NCBI GenBank assembly: GCA_038883775.1
Contig: JAVZLM010000006.1
Coordinates: 95,544-159,543 of the forward strand
Reading direction: 5' to 3'
Source of the DNA: Candidatus Bathyarchaeia archaeon
Lineage (GTDB): Archaea > Thermoproteota > Bathyarchaeia > Bathyarchaeales > Bathycorpusculaceae
Length of the DNA stretch: 64,000 bases
Under the pieces are notes generated by a model. That model searched no databases. It was not told the origin of the DNA and worked only from the letters and a program-made list of their open reading frames with translations. Of the stretch, positions 1 through 8,260 are shown piece after piece. Positions within the stretch are counted from its first letter, which is position 1. Each line of letters begins with the position of its first letter. A program made the translations under genes and the position numbers.

Positions 1-8
1 TTAAAAAT

Positions 9-587
9 TTATGGAGAAGCCAACTTTTTTAGGTCTTCCTCGCCCTCCGCATATCCCGAAGCTATCAAGATGTCGTCTACTTGAATTTTGGTTTCAGGCT
101 TCGGTCGTATACATCTGTCTCCCCTTCTTATGGCAAGAACCCACATTCCAGTTTCTTCATGAACCTTAACATCTCGCAAGGTTTTGTTTACCAAGGGAGA
201 GTTTTCTGACACTTTTACGTATGTAACGGTTTCTTTCGCTTCTTCTATCGTCAATTTCAGCACTAGGTGGGGCTCTATTTCTCTCAAAACAACCTCAGCT
301 ATTTCCGCTGCAGCATCGGCTATTTTTTCTGTCGCAACACCCAATCTTATCAGTCCTAAGAAGCCTTTAGCTTCTTCTTTTTTGAAACCACTTGACAAAA
401 CAAGCAATTCAAAATCTGTGTGCAATTTATCCATATACTCTTCTAATTTCTGCACTTCTTCAGCCAACTCCTTACTATTTAATAACAATGATGAATAAGC
501 CAAATCCATCATAAGCTCCGAAGTATCTTTAAGCTCAACAAACTTCTCCACTATTTCCTCAAATCTTTGGCTAGCCTTTACCGACAC
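9..587 (-). CDS. PhoU-like + TrkA-C (RCK_C) domain protein, putative cation-transport regulatory subunit
   Basis: N-terminal 'KDTSELMMDLAYSS' PhoU-like helices; C-terminal 'SPLVNKTLRD...GMWVLAIRRG...P.PETKIQVDDILIASG' RCK_C signature. Confidence 0.85.
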   Translation of the reverse strand: MSVKASQRFEEIVEKFVELKDTSELMMDLAYSSLLLNSKELAEEVQKLEEYMDKLHTDFELLVLSSGFKKEEAKGFLGLIRLGVATEKIADAAAEIAEVVLREIEPHLVLKLTIEEAKETVTYVKVSENSPLVNKTLRDVKVHEETGMWVLAIRRGDRCIRPKPETKIQVDDILIASGYAEGEEDLKKLASP

Positions 588-1198
588 AGGTTAAGCCCCC
601 ATTTAAGCCGTTTTCCCTCGCAAAATTCTCTAAACTCTTTTAAGCCCTCAGGAGCCCCACGGGCTATAATAATATCACCCACCTTGATTTTTTCCATTTC
701 TTTTGGGTCGATTATCCAGTCCTTGTTTCTGTGGATTGCAATTATGTCAACACCCATTTCTGCCGCCAACTTCAATTCGCCTATCGATTTTCCAACAAGT
801 ATGGAGTTGCTCAATACTTCAGCTCTAATTAAGCGTTCTTCAACTTTTTCGAAAATTTCTCCAACTATAGGGTGCACACCAATGTTTTGGGTAACTATGG
901 CTGCTATATCTGCAGCTGCATCGGATATCTTGTCTGCGGCAGCTGCAACTGTTGAAACCCCTGTTAAGGCTTCAGCGTCTTCGGGATCTCTTGCTGCAAG
1001 CATTATTGTCATGTCTAACAAATAAGCTAAGGTGTCAACGCGCTTTTCGAGTTCCAAAACATCTTCTGCAAGGTTCTTATCATTGAACAAAGCTGCAGAA
1101 TACGCCAAATCAATCATCAATTCTGATAGGTTCTTGATTTCAAGGAAAAGTTCTCGAACAGGGATTGGTCGATATTCAATCTTCTCGAAACGGGGCAT
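578..1198 (-). CDS. PhoU-like + TrkA-C (RCK_C) domain protein (paralog of 9..587)
   Basis: 'KNLSELMIDLAYSAA' and 'LVGKSIGELKL..EMGVDIIAIHR...IKVGDIIIARG'; start taken at MPRFEK (ATG 1198). Confidence 0.85.
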   Translation of the reverse strand: MPRFEKIEYRPIPVRELFLEIKNLSELMIDLAYSAALFNDKNLAEDVLELEKRVDTLAYLLDMTIMLAARDPEDAEALTGVSTVAAAADKISDAAADIAAIVTQNIGVHPIVGEIFEKVEERLIRAEVLSNSILVGKSIGELKLAAEMGVDIIAIHRNKDWIIDPKEMEKIKVGDIIIARGAPEGLKEFREFCEGKRLKWGLNLCR

Positions 1199-1259
1199 AT
1201 TGTTAAAGTCGCTCCAACCACTATAATAAAAGTTTTTCATTATTATCTTTTTCTTGAAA

Positions 1260-2450
1260 TTAGCCTACCAAAAATAGGGCTGCAAGTAAAGCTATTGTTG
1301 TGATGCTATCTGCAAGGGAACTTTCAATCGGGATAACAAAGTTGTCTGGGTCTAAGCCCTTCTGAAAGGTTAAGATTGCCACAGCAAAAGATATTATGAT
1401 GATTGCCGACACCGCAATCAAGTTAGCTATGAGCAAGAGGGCTGTGAAATCAAGAAAGGCGGAAAGAGAAAGCATGTTATTTATGGAAAGCGATAAAGCC
1501 GAAAATAAAACAAAGTAAACAACAGCAGAAGCCCAAGCTGCAAAAATTTGTTGAGAATGGTTTCGCATATCAGTAAAGGAGGGCTTAAGCAAACCTAATG
1601 CAAGCTTTGTTGTGGCTGTAGAACCAACAACAGAACCCACATCTCCTACAGTATCAATTAGGGCGGGGTAGACACTATAAATCTCTTTGCGCCCTTCTAC
1701 AATAATGCTTATCCTATTAAGCACAGTTCCGGTGATGTTAACGATAAAAGCCACAATTAGCAGTGTAGCTAAAGATTCTTTCAAAGTTTTAATAAACTCA
1801 TTTGTCTTAAAATCTCGCAAAACAAGATATAATGTCAAAAATATATGGAAAAACATGACGAAAACAACCGCATATTTAGAAAAACCGTATAAAACAAGCA
1901 CGAAAATGTAACACATTGTTATAAATATGTCAGCAACAGTCGACATTATTGGATATTCAATCACATCCGGGTCTAAACCCTTCTTAAACGTTGTAAAACC
2001 AACACCCATGGTAATAAAAGAAAGAAAAAGCCCAAAAGTCATGGTTGAAACCACAGCGGCAAAAATATCAAAGAAAACATCTGAAGATATCCCCCAAAAA
2101 ACGCTGCCAAAAAGCATTGAAACACAACTCATGAAAATGCTAGTTTCCAAAGTTAGAACAATAATCGCATCAAACAAAACATAAAAACTCTTTGTGTTCC
2201 CAAAAAACTTTGGATAAATTGTACCAAGATGCAATGCCGTACCCAAGCGTCCACTGAACAATCCACTTATCATTCCCCGCGCACTCAGGATTGTTGGATA
2301 AACAGCTATAGCCCAAGGATAAGATTGAAAAACGTTAAAGTAATAAGCCACAAGAAAACCAGCGACTATACCGCCAAAATCAAAAGCATAGGCTATCAAA
2401 GTCTCTCTTAAAGCTTTAGAGAAAGCCTTATGGTTTTCATAGCTTGTCAT
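1260..2450 (-). CDS. MgtE/SLC41-like divalent cation transporter (duplicated MgtE membrane domain)
   Basis: ~10 TM helices; two 'GLDPD...P...D' MgtE motifs (GLDPDVIEYPIMSTVAD, GLDPDNFVIPIESSLAD); SD GGAGG upstream. Confidence 0.85.
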   Translation of the reverse strand: MTSYENHKAFSKALRETLIAYAFDFGGIVAGFLVAYYFNVFQSYPWAIAVYPTILSARGMISGLFSGRLGTALHLGTIYPKFFGNTKSFYVLFDAIIVLTLETSIFMSCVSMLFGSVFWGISSDVFFDIFAAVVSTMTFGLFLSFITMGVGFTTFKKGLDPDVIEYPIMSTVADIFITMCYIFVLVLYGFSKYAVVFVMFFHIFLTLYLVLRDFKTNEFIKTLKESLATLLIVAFIVNITGTVLNRISIIVEGRKEIYSVYPALIDTVGDVGSVVGSTATTKLALGLLKPSFTDMRNHSQQIFAAWASAVVYFVLFSALSLSINNMLSLSAFLDFTALLLIANLIAVSAIIIISFAVAILTFQKGLDPDNFVIPIESSLADSITTIALLAALFLVG

Positions 2451-2805
2451 CGGCTAAAAGCCTCCTTTTTCGAACTTTCATCAAGCGGAATGGTTTAGGA
2501 AGAGACGTTATGGGCAAGATTATTTGCCTACTAACAACATGGAGGGCTACCCCTGTTATAGGCTGTTGTGTTGGAAAATAAAAAGCATCCATGAAGATAA
2601 TGTTGGCTTGCCTCATCCTGCACACCTTCTGAATCGCCATGCCCCTCCACTTCAATGCCAACCTCTCATTTGCTCTTAAACCTAAACAATGGCACCATAT
2701 TGCTTAAATAGATTTCCAACAAAACTTATGGAAAATTCATATTCAAAATTCATAACGGTTTTAATTTTTCAAATTCTAACCTTCGCCATATTAAAGGTGA
2801 AAAAA

Positions 2806-2994
2806 GTGTATATAATATGGATAAAAATTGATGAAACCCTGCCAAAAATTGAACTAAAAGGTGAATATCAAACCAGAAAAGAAGCAAAAAAGGCAGCAAA
2901 ACAAATCATAGGAAACATTAAAGTTGAAATCATAAATGCTTCCCAAATGAGAGACTCTATAAAACCGTTAGCAACAGCAAAGGCTATACGCTAA
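2806..2994 (+). CDS. small hypothetical protein (~62 aa)
   Basis: GGTGA SD 5 nt before GTG 2806; 'GEYQTRKEAKKAA' beta-beta-alpha-like pattern. Confidence 0.55.
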   Translation: MYIIWIKIDETLPKIELKGEYQTRKEAKKAAKQIIGNIKVEIINASQMRDSIKPLATAKAIR

Positions 2995-3010
2995 GAAGCA
3001 ATCTTCCGTT

Positions 3011-3400
3011 TCATGAGGGACGTTCACAAATTGAACATTTGCATGTTTTTAATGCTGGTAAATCTTTTTGGTGCAGTTCACAAATAATCTCTTCAGACCT
3101 TATCTTAGTGCATATGTCGCACAATTGTTCCACAACCCCCTCCATTGAAGCCCCACCTTTCGCTAAGGCATCTGCAAGTTTTGAAACCTCTTTCATCACC
3201 TCTTCAGAATGCCCTATCTCCTCTAAAAGTATGGAACCTCTTTCTCCCTTCAAATATTGAGTTATTGCCGCTGGCGTTAACTCCATCCTCGTTGACGCAT
3301 CAATTTTGCGCATATTATACTTTTTCATTAGTTCCTTCATTACAAGCACTCTGATTGCTGGAAGCACATGTTTGACTATGATTACGCATGGTGGTTTCAT
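3011..3400 (-). CDS. HTH transcriptional regulator (COG2522-like) with Cys-rich C-terminus
   Basis: 'KPPC...VLPAIR...LTPAAITQYLKGERG' HTH; C-terminal CDIC/CELH/CKCSIC; divergent from the serK-like/cysM pair. Confidence 0.8.
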   Translation of the reverse strand: MKPPCVIIVKHVLPAIRVLVMKELMKKYNMRKIDASTRMELTPAAITQYLKGERGSILLEEIGHSEEVMKEVSKLADALAKGGASMEGVVEQLCDICTKIRSEEIICELHQKDLPALKTCKCSICERPS

Positions 3401-3484
3401 TTTGTTTCCCTAGTTTATTTAGGCATTAAGCTTATACATGTTTAACGGCGTTAAATTATTTAACACTGTTAAAAAAGGATTGCC

Positions 3485-3907
3485 ATGATACACGCCCAAC
3501 TACAAATAGTCAAACTAACAGAACTAAAACAACACGAAGAAGTTGACCCTACCCACTTAAAAGAGTTAAAAAAAGAAATAGCCTCAGACAAAATCCTAAA
3601 ATTTGCCATAGTAGCCGACAAAAACACGAACATCATTCTCGATGGCCAACATAGGTTCAACGCTATCAAAGAATTAGGGTACAGCCGTATTCCCGTAGTA
3701 TACGTTGACTACAACTTACCAGAAATAGAAGTTCAAAGCTGGAAAGGCAATCCATATTTGACTAAAAAAGAGGTAATAGAAGCTGGCTTAAGCGGAAGAA
3801 AATTTCCGCCAAAAACCTCAAAACACATGATAAGAATTGGCGGCTCGCTACATCACATATCTGCAATTGAGAAGCGTCTCGACATTCCATTAGAAAAGTT
3901 AAGGTGA
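3485..3907 (+). CDS. ParB/sulfiredoxin-fold protein, SerK/SbnI-like free serine kinase (short form)
   Basis: 'QHEE', 'ILDGQHR', 'VDY...V.SW' and 'TKKEV...G..FPPKTSKH' match SerK-type motifs; overlaps cysteine synthase start (GTGA). Confidence 0.7.
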   Translation: MIHAQLQIVKLTELKQHEEVDPTHLKELKKEIASDKILKFAIVADKNTNIILDGQHRFNAIKELGYSRIPVVYVDYNLPEIEVQSWKGNPYLTKKEVIEAGLSGRKFPPKTSKHMIRIGGSLHHISAIEKRLDIPLEKLR

Positions 3908-4830
3908 TCCGGATGATTGTGGCAAAAGACATAACACAACTTATCGGCAAAACTCCAATGGTAAAAATAAACAAGCTCACAGAACCAAACGACGCCACAG
4001 TTTATGCAAAATTAGAATGGTACAACATCGGTGGCTCTGTTAAAGACAGAATGGCACTATACCTAATAGAATATGCAGAAGCAGCGGGCAAAATTACCAA
4101 AGATAAAAAAATATTGGAAGCAACCTCCGGAAACACTGGAATAGCATTGGCTATGATAGCTGCTGCGAAAGGCTATAAAATATGCATTGTAATGCCGGAA
4201 TCTGTAAGTGTTGAAAGAAGAAAAATTTTGGAGGCATATGGAGCTGAATTGATCCTATCGCCGGGCGAAAAGGGAACGGGCGGAGCCATAGAGCTCAAAC
4301 AAAAACTTCTCAAAAATCATCCAAACGAATACATAAACTTAGACCAATTTAAAGACCCGGCAAACATCCTCGCCCACTACCAAACAACAGGCAAAGAAAT
4401 TCTTGAACAAACCAGAGGCAAAGTAGACATGATTGTTGTAGGCGTTGGAACCGCAGGCACAGGCGTTGGAGTCTCCTTACGCGTCAAAAGCTATAATCCA
4501 AACATAAAAATAGTCGGCGTAATGCCAAGCCTGGGCGTAAAAATCCAAGGTTTAAGAAATCCAAAAGAACCTTACCCAACACAGCTTTTCAGACAAGAAT
4601 GCTTTGACGAAATTGACGAAATTACGGAAAGCGAAGTGCCCAAAACCTTTGAAGTGGCACGAAGGGCTGCAAGGGAAGAGGGCCTACTTATTGGTATGAG
4701 TTCAGGAGCAATTCTATATGTTGCATTGAAAAAAGCGAAAGAGCTGGGTAAAGATAAGATGATAGTGGCAGTTCTACCCGATTCAGGAGAAAAATACCTG
4801 AGCACGCAACTATTCACACAAACAACTTAA
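3904..4830 (+). CDS. cysM: PLP-dependent cysteine synthase (CysM / O-phosphoserine sulfhydrylase-like)
   Basis: 'KLEWYNIGGSVKDR' PLP lysine, 'EATSGNTG', 'GVGTAGT', 'PDSGEKYLS'; 'IQGLRN' carries the CysM-type Arg. Confidence 0.9.
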   Translation: MIRMIVAKDITQLIGKTPMVKINKLTEPNDATVYAKLEWYNIGGSVKDRMALYLIEYAEAAGKITKDKKILEATSGNTGIALAMIAAAKGYKICIVMPESVSVERRKILEAYGAELILSPGEKGTGGAIELKQKLLKNHPNEYINLDQFKDPANILAHYQTTGKEILEQTRGKVDMIVVGVGTAGTGVGVSLRVKSYNPNIKIVGVMPSLGVKIQGLRNPKEPYPTQLFRQECFDEIDEITESEVPKTFEVARRAAREEGLLIGMSSGAILYVALKKAKELGKDKMIVAVLPDSGEKYLSTQLFTQTT

Positions 4831-4834
4831 ACAA

Positions 4835-4847
4835 AAGCGCCGGGGAA
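4835..4847. repeat. 13-bp direct repeat AAGCGCCGGGGAA identical to the tRNA-Ser 3' end (9940-9952); putative att site
   Basis: Exact match at 4835-4847 and 9940-9952. Confidence 0.7.
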
Positions 4848-4964
4848 TAGGTTTACATCTTGGTTTGAATTCTCGGCAAATCCTCCTTCCATAGAGCGCC
4901 GATGCAGGTTCTTAGGTTAAATTCCAACCCACCGAGAGCTTGATGCGCCTCCCGCGTAAAAGTT

Positions 4965-5048
4965 CTAGTGCCGTCTTTTCTTTCTTCTAAACTTCCTTTT
5001 TTGCTGCTTCGCAACCTTGGCCTCACGACGCCTCCTAGAACCCACCAA
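4965..5048 (-). CDS. Arg/Lys-rich microprotein M(V)GSRRRREAKVAKQQKRKFRRKKRRH (26-27 aa)
   Basis: Hand translation; TTG 5048 or GTG 5045 start behind GAGTGA SD-like motif; TAG at 4965-4967; starts ~23 nt after RHH gene. Confidence 0.55.
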   Translation of the reverse strand: MVGSRRRREAKVAKQQKRKFRRKKRRH

Positions 5049-5070
5049 CCATCTTCACTCTTCATATATT

Positions 5071-5208
5071 TTATTCGGCGACCCATGCTTTTACGGCTTC
5101 TTCAACAGCTCTAGATAGATCACCCTTTTTCCCGCCGAATCTCTCAATGGCCTTTAATCTGAGCTTCTTTTCCAGTTCATCTGGAATATCCACGCATATC
5201 CGGCCCAT
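5071..5208 (-). CDS. ribbon-helix-helix (CopG/Arc-like) DNA-binding protein, 45 aa
   Basis: MGRICVDIPDELEKKLRLKAIERFGGKKGDLSRAVEEAVKAWVAE; alternating beta strand plus two helices; GGTGA SD 5 nt upstream. Confidence 0.85.
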   Translation of the reverse strand: MGRICVDIPDELEKKLRLKAIERFGGKKGDLSRAVEEAVKAWVAE

Positions 5209-5250
5209 TTCAATCACCAAACTATTAATTTTTGACACGATTCGCACGTG

Positions 5251-5313
5251 CTAGATGTTCTTCCAATAAGCAAATTGCCAGATGCCAAGTACTTCCTTCA
5301 TTTTTGTTATCAT
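5251..5313 (-). CDS. 20-aa micro-ORF MITKMKEVLGIWQFAYWKNI (possible leader peptide)
   Basis: GGTGA SD 5 nt before ATG; first ORF after a TATA-like box; associated with an 11-bp inverted repeat. Confidence 0.4.
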   Translation of the reverse strand: MITKMKEVLGIWQFAYWKNI

Positions 5314-5337
5314 CTTTTTCACCGTAATTTGCTTATC

Positions 5338-5371
5338 CGCATAATACATTATGCGATTACTAAATTATAAA
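5338..5371 (-). promoter_or_regulatory. TATA-like box plus perfect palindromic operator CGCATAAT-AC-ATTATGCG
   Basis: Palindrome at 5338-5355; TTTATAAT on minus strand at 5364-5371, so the palindrome covers the expected TSS. Confidence 0.6.
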
Positions 5372-5389
5372 TGTATCTGATTAAGCATT

Positions 5390-5520
5390 TACGCGCTAAA
5401 GATATAAGTAGCACCATGATTACCATACCCATTGCCAATATCTTCCTCATCTTTTGCCCCTACGTATGCCATGATTCCGCCGATGAGACCGAAGAAGAAC
5501 GATATCAGATACCAAGAAAA
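5390..5520 (-). pseudogene. fragment of a small membrane protein gene
   Basis: Frame reads 'WYLISFFFGLIGGIMAYVGAKDEE' then loses hydrophobicity; no start codon seen; hydrophobic continuation in another frame. Confidence 0.35.
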
Positions 5521-5576
5521 GAACAACTAATTTCACAGTTTTCACGATAAGCACATAAATAGCAGCAATAGTCTTT

Positions 5577-6383
5577 CTAAGCCTTGTTTATTAACGATGG
5601 GCTTTCGGTCTGTGTTGCTGCTTTGTTTTTCTCGAGAGTGTCTATGACCTTATCTACGAGGTTAAAGTAGGTGGGGTCTCTCATGTGTTTTTCTCGTGGC
5701 CTTGGTATGTCTATTTTCACTTCTCTGATGACTTTTCCAGGTCTAGGCGACATGACTATGACTCTGTCTGCCATAAAAACTGCTTCTTCAACGTTGTGGC
5801 TTACCATTATGAAAGTGTTTGTCGGCAGGGTTGGGTCTCGCCATATATCGAGAACAAGTTTGCGGAGGGTTTTTGCTGTAAGCTCATCCAGGGAAGAGAA
5901 GGGTTCATCCATTAAGAGGGCTTCGGGTTTTAGGGCTAGCGCCCTTGCTATTCCGACGCGCTGTTTCATTCCGCCTGAAAGGTCATGGGGATAAGTGTTT
6001 TCGAAGCCTTCAAGCCCAACCATCCTCAAGTATTCTCGGGCTATTTTCCAACGCTCTTCTTTTTCTAAGCCAAGCACTTCTAATGGCAATTCAACATTTT
6101 CCAATGCTGTTTTCCAAGGCAATAATCCGAAAAGCTGGAAGACCATGGCAATTTTTGGAGTTGGCTTGGTTATGGGTTGCCCGCGGAACAGCACCCTGCC
6201 CGAGTCAGCTTTCTCTAAGCCGGCAATTATTCTAAGTAACGTAGATTTTCCGCATCCTGAAGGCCCAACTATGCAGGCGAATTCGTCATTTCCAATGGAG
6301 AAGCTAACATTTTCCAAAACAAGTATTCTTGATTTACCTGTTGTGAACGTTTTGGTTACGTTTTCTACTTCAATCAGTGACAA
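5577..6383 (-). CDS. NitT/TauT-family ABC transporter ATP-binding protein
   Basis: Walker A GPSGCGKS, signature LSGGMKQR, Walker B LLMDEPF, SsuB/TauB-like C-terminus. Confidence 0.92.
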   Translation of the reverse strand: MSLIEVENVTKTFTTGKSRILVLENVSFSIGNDEFACIVGPSGCGKSTLLRIIAGLEKADSGRVLFRGQPITKPTPKIAMVFQLFGLLPWKTALENVELPLEVLGLEKEERWKIAREYLRMVGLEGFENTYPHDLSGGMKQRVGIARALALKPEALLMDEPFSSLDELTAKTLRKLVLDIWRDPTLPTNTFIMVSHNVEEAVFMADRVIVMSPRPGKVIREVKIDIPRPREKHMRDPTYFNLVDKVIDTLEKNKAATQTESPSLINKA

Positions 6384-6385
6384 GG

Positions 6386-8050
6386 TTATACCTCCACATG
6401 GTATTTTTCAAATTTTCTAAGTAGTCGTCTCCAAACAAACACCTCCATAGAAAGCACAATCGCCGCCACTATGCCGAGGATGAAAATGAGTAACACGGTG
6501 TTTCCATACTCGTATCCAGCCTTATCCAACAGCGAACCCAAACCTGGAACAGAAAGTGGTGGAATCGATGGTTGTGTTGAAGGCATATATTCTGCAAATA
6601 TAATAGTGTTCCAGCCTGTTCCCCATGAAAGTATGCTTCCAGTAACTATTGAAGGCAGGATGGACGGAATAACTATATGCGTTATTCTCTTCAAGCCCTT
6701 AAATCCGAACAGTTGACCAACCTCCCTTATCTCTGTTGGAATGTTTTTCACGGCGCTTACAATGTTTAGGAACATATACCAAATCATATCCAGAACAAGC
6801 ATTATTATGCAAGTAAGTTCAAGGGCAACTCTGGGAATCCCAATAAGCTGATTTAATCCAAGAAAAAGCACAGGAAACAACGCCAATATCGGCACTCCCT
6901 GCCCAATATCGTAAAGAGGATAGAAGATAGCCGCAACTTTCTTGTGCTCCGCAGCGAGAACCCCCATGCCAATAGCCACAACGAGAGAAACTCCATAAGC
7001 TATTGCAAGTCTTCCCATGGTAAAGGCAATTAAAATTGGGAGATAGCCTAGTTGTTCCGCTGGCGGTTCGCTGAATCCTCCACGAATTATTCCCAACGTT
7101 GGAAATTGACCAAGCATCACATACAAGACGAAGAATACAGCTGAAAAAGCGAGGACAACTGCAATAATCTTTTCGATGCGTGCATATTTTCGCAAGCGTT
7201 GAGAAGCTACAGAGAAAGCTTTCGGCCAATGAAACCTTCCAAAATGCAACAACCTTCTGGCTCGGGCAACCTCAATTTTTCCAACTCCAGACAAGTCCAC
7301 TGAAAAGACGGGTTTAAACGTGCCTGTGCTAGCCTTCTCCACCAGCCGGTGCCATGTCAAAGTGTTAAAGTAAACAACAATGAAAGTTATGAATAGGAGA
7401 AGGATTATTGCAACGTTCATGTCCTGCCACTCGTAGGCTGCCTTTGCCAAGAGAGAACCCAACCCGCCTGAAGGCGGCGTCACGACCCCTCCCTTGTATT
7501 GGATGTATTCCGCGGCTATCATAAAGAACCAGCCGTCGCACCACGCAAGGTTTGCTCCAGAAATCACAGCAGGAGTAATGGCAGGCAGAATCACATGTCT
7601 AACATATTTCCATCCCACTAAACCGAAGCTTCGAGCTGACTCTACAACGTTTGTTGGTATACCTTTTATGGCTCCCAGCACTCCGAAGAATATGCTCCAA
7701 GCCATAGATGTAAAGAGTAAAACGATTACTGAAAGTTCGATTCCTATAGGGCCTAAAGCGAATAAAAAGCCAATCACCATTGGGAAATATCCAAGTATAG
7801 GAATCGACTGCAAAAGGTCTATGAAAGGTGTAAGAATAAACGAAGCATACTTGTTTGTGGCGGCTAATATGCCGAATGAAACTCCCCAAACAACAGAAAT
7901 TAAAAGAGTAATTATGATTCTTGAAACTGTGCTAAAAGTATAAAGTGGAAGATTTTTTATCTCCGGATAACCCACGAAGGTTACAATTAGCCAAGCCATA
8001 ACACAGAGAGTTAACAACCCGCCAAAGAAGCTTACTAAGTATTTTCGCAA
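6386..8050 (-). CDS. NitT/TauT-family ABC transporter permease (two fused permease domains)
   Basis: Two EAA-like loops ('ESARSFG', 'EVGQLFG') and two 'W...I.AEY' motifs. Confidence 0.9.
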   Translation of the reverse strand: MRKYLVSFFGGLLTLCVMAWLIVTFVGYPEIKNLPLYTFSTVSRIIITLLISVVWGVSFGILAATNKYASFILTPFIDLLQSIPILGYFPMVIGFLFALGPIGIELSVIVLLFTSMAWSIFFGVLGAIKGIPTNVVESARSFGLVGWKYVRHVILPAITPAVISGANLAWCDGWFFMIAAEYIQYKGGVVTPPSGGLGSLLAKAAYEWQDMNVAIILLLFITFIVVYFNTLTWHRLVEKASTGTFKPVFSVDLSGVGKIEVARARRLLHFGRFHWPKAFSVASQRLRKYARIEKIIAVVLAFSAVFFVLYVMLGQFPTLGIIRGGFSEPPAEQLGYLPILIAFTMGRLAIAYGVSLVVAIGMGVLAAEHKKVAAIFYPLYDIGQGVPILALFPVLFLGLNQLIGIPRVALELTCIIMLVLDMIWYMFLNIVSAVKNIPTEIREVGQLFGFKGLKRITHIVIPSILPSIVTGSILSWGTGWNTIIFAEYMPSTQPSIPPLSVPGLGSLLDKAGYEYGNTVLLIFILGIVAAIVLSMEVFVWRRLLRKFEKYHVEV

Positions 8051-8260
8051 GTTTCATGCGCCTTCTAAACCTCAACTATAATAGGCGAAAATACAAGGAC
8101 GATTTAAGAATATCGCATGCTTAACAACAGCTTACTAATGCTGCCCTAATATCAAACTACCTTAAAAAAGAGTTAAACATCTTAAAACCTTTCATTGTTG
8201 CGCTTAATTACATGTGTGCCTGAAATAAGTTTAAATGTGTTTGAAATGTTAGGATTTATT

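Noticed and set aside
2591-2632. Plus-strand ATGAAGA...CTGA as a second C/D sRNA
   Set aside because: Short, with no convincing D'/C' boxes, terminal stem or clear rRNA target.
2451-2690. Assignment to M-box, ydaO, yybP-ykoY or fluoride riboswitch
   Set aside because: Diagnostic consensus nucleotides not recognisable by eye; kept only as an unassigned candidate leader.
3485-3907. ParB-like ORF as the partition protein for the nearby origin
   Set aside because: No HTH or dimerisation domain and no ParA partner; motifs and overlap with cysteine synthase fit SerK/SbnI better.
4853-5086. 77-aa ORF as an integrase remnant or real gene
   Set aside because: No tyrosine-recombinase motifs; overlaps the RHH gene and a better-supported microprotein in another frame.
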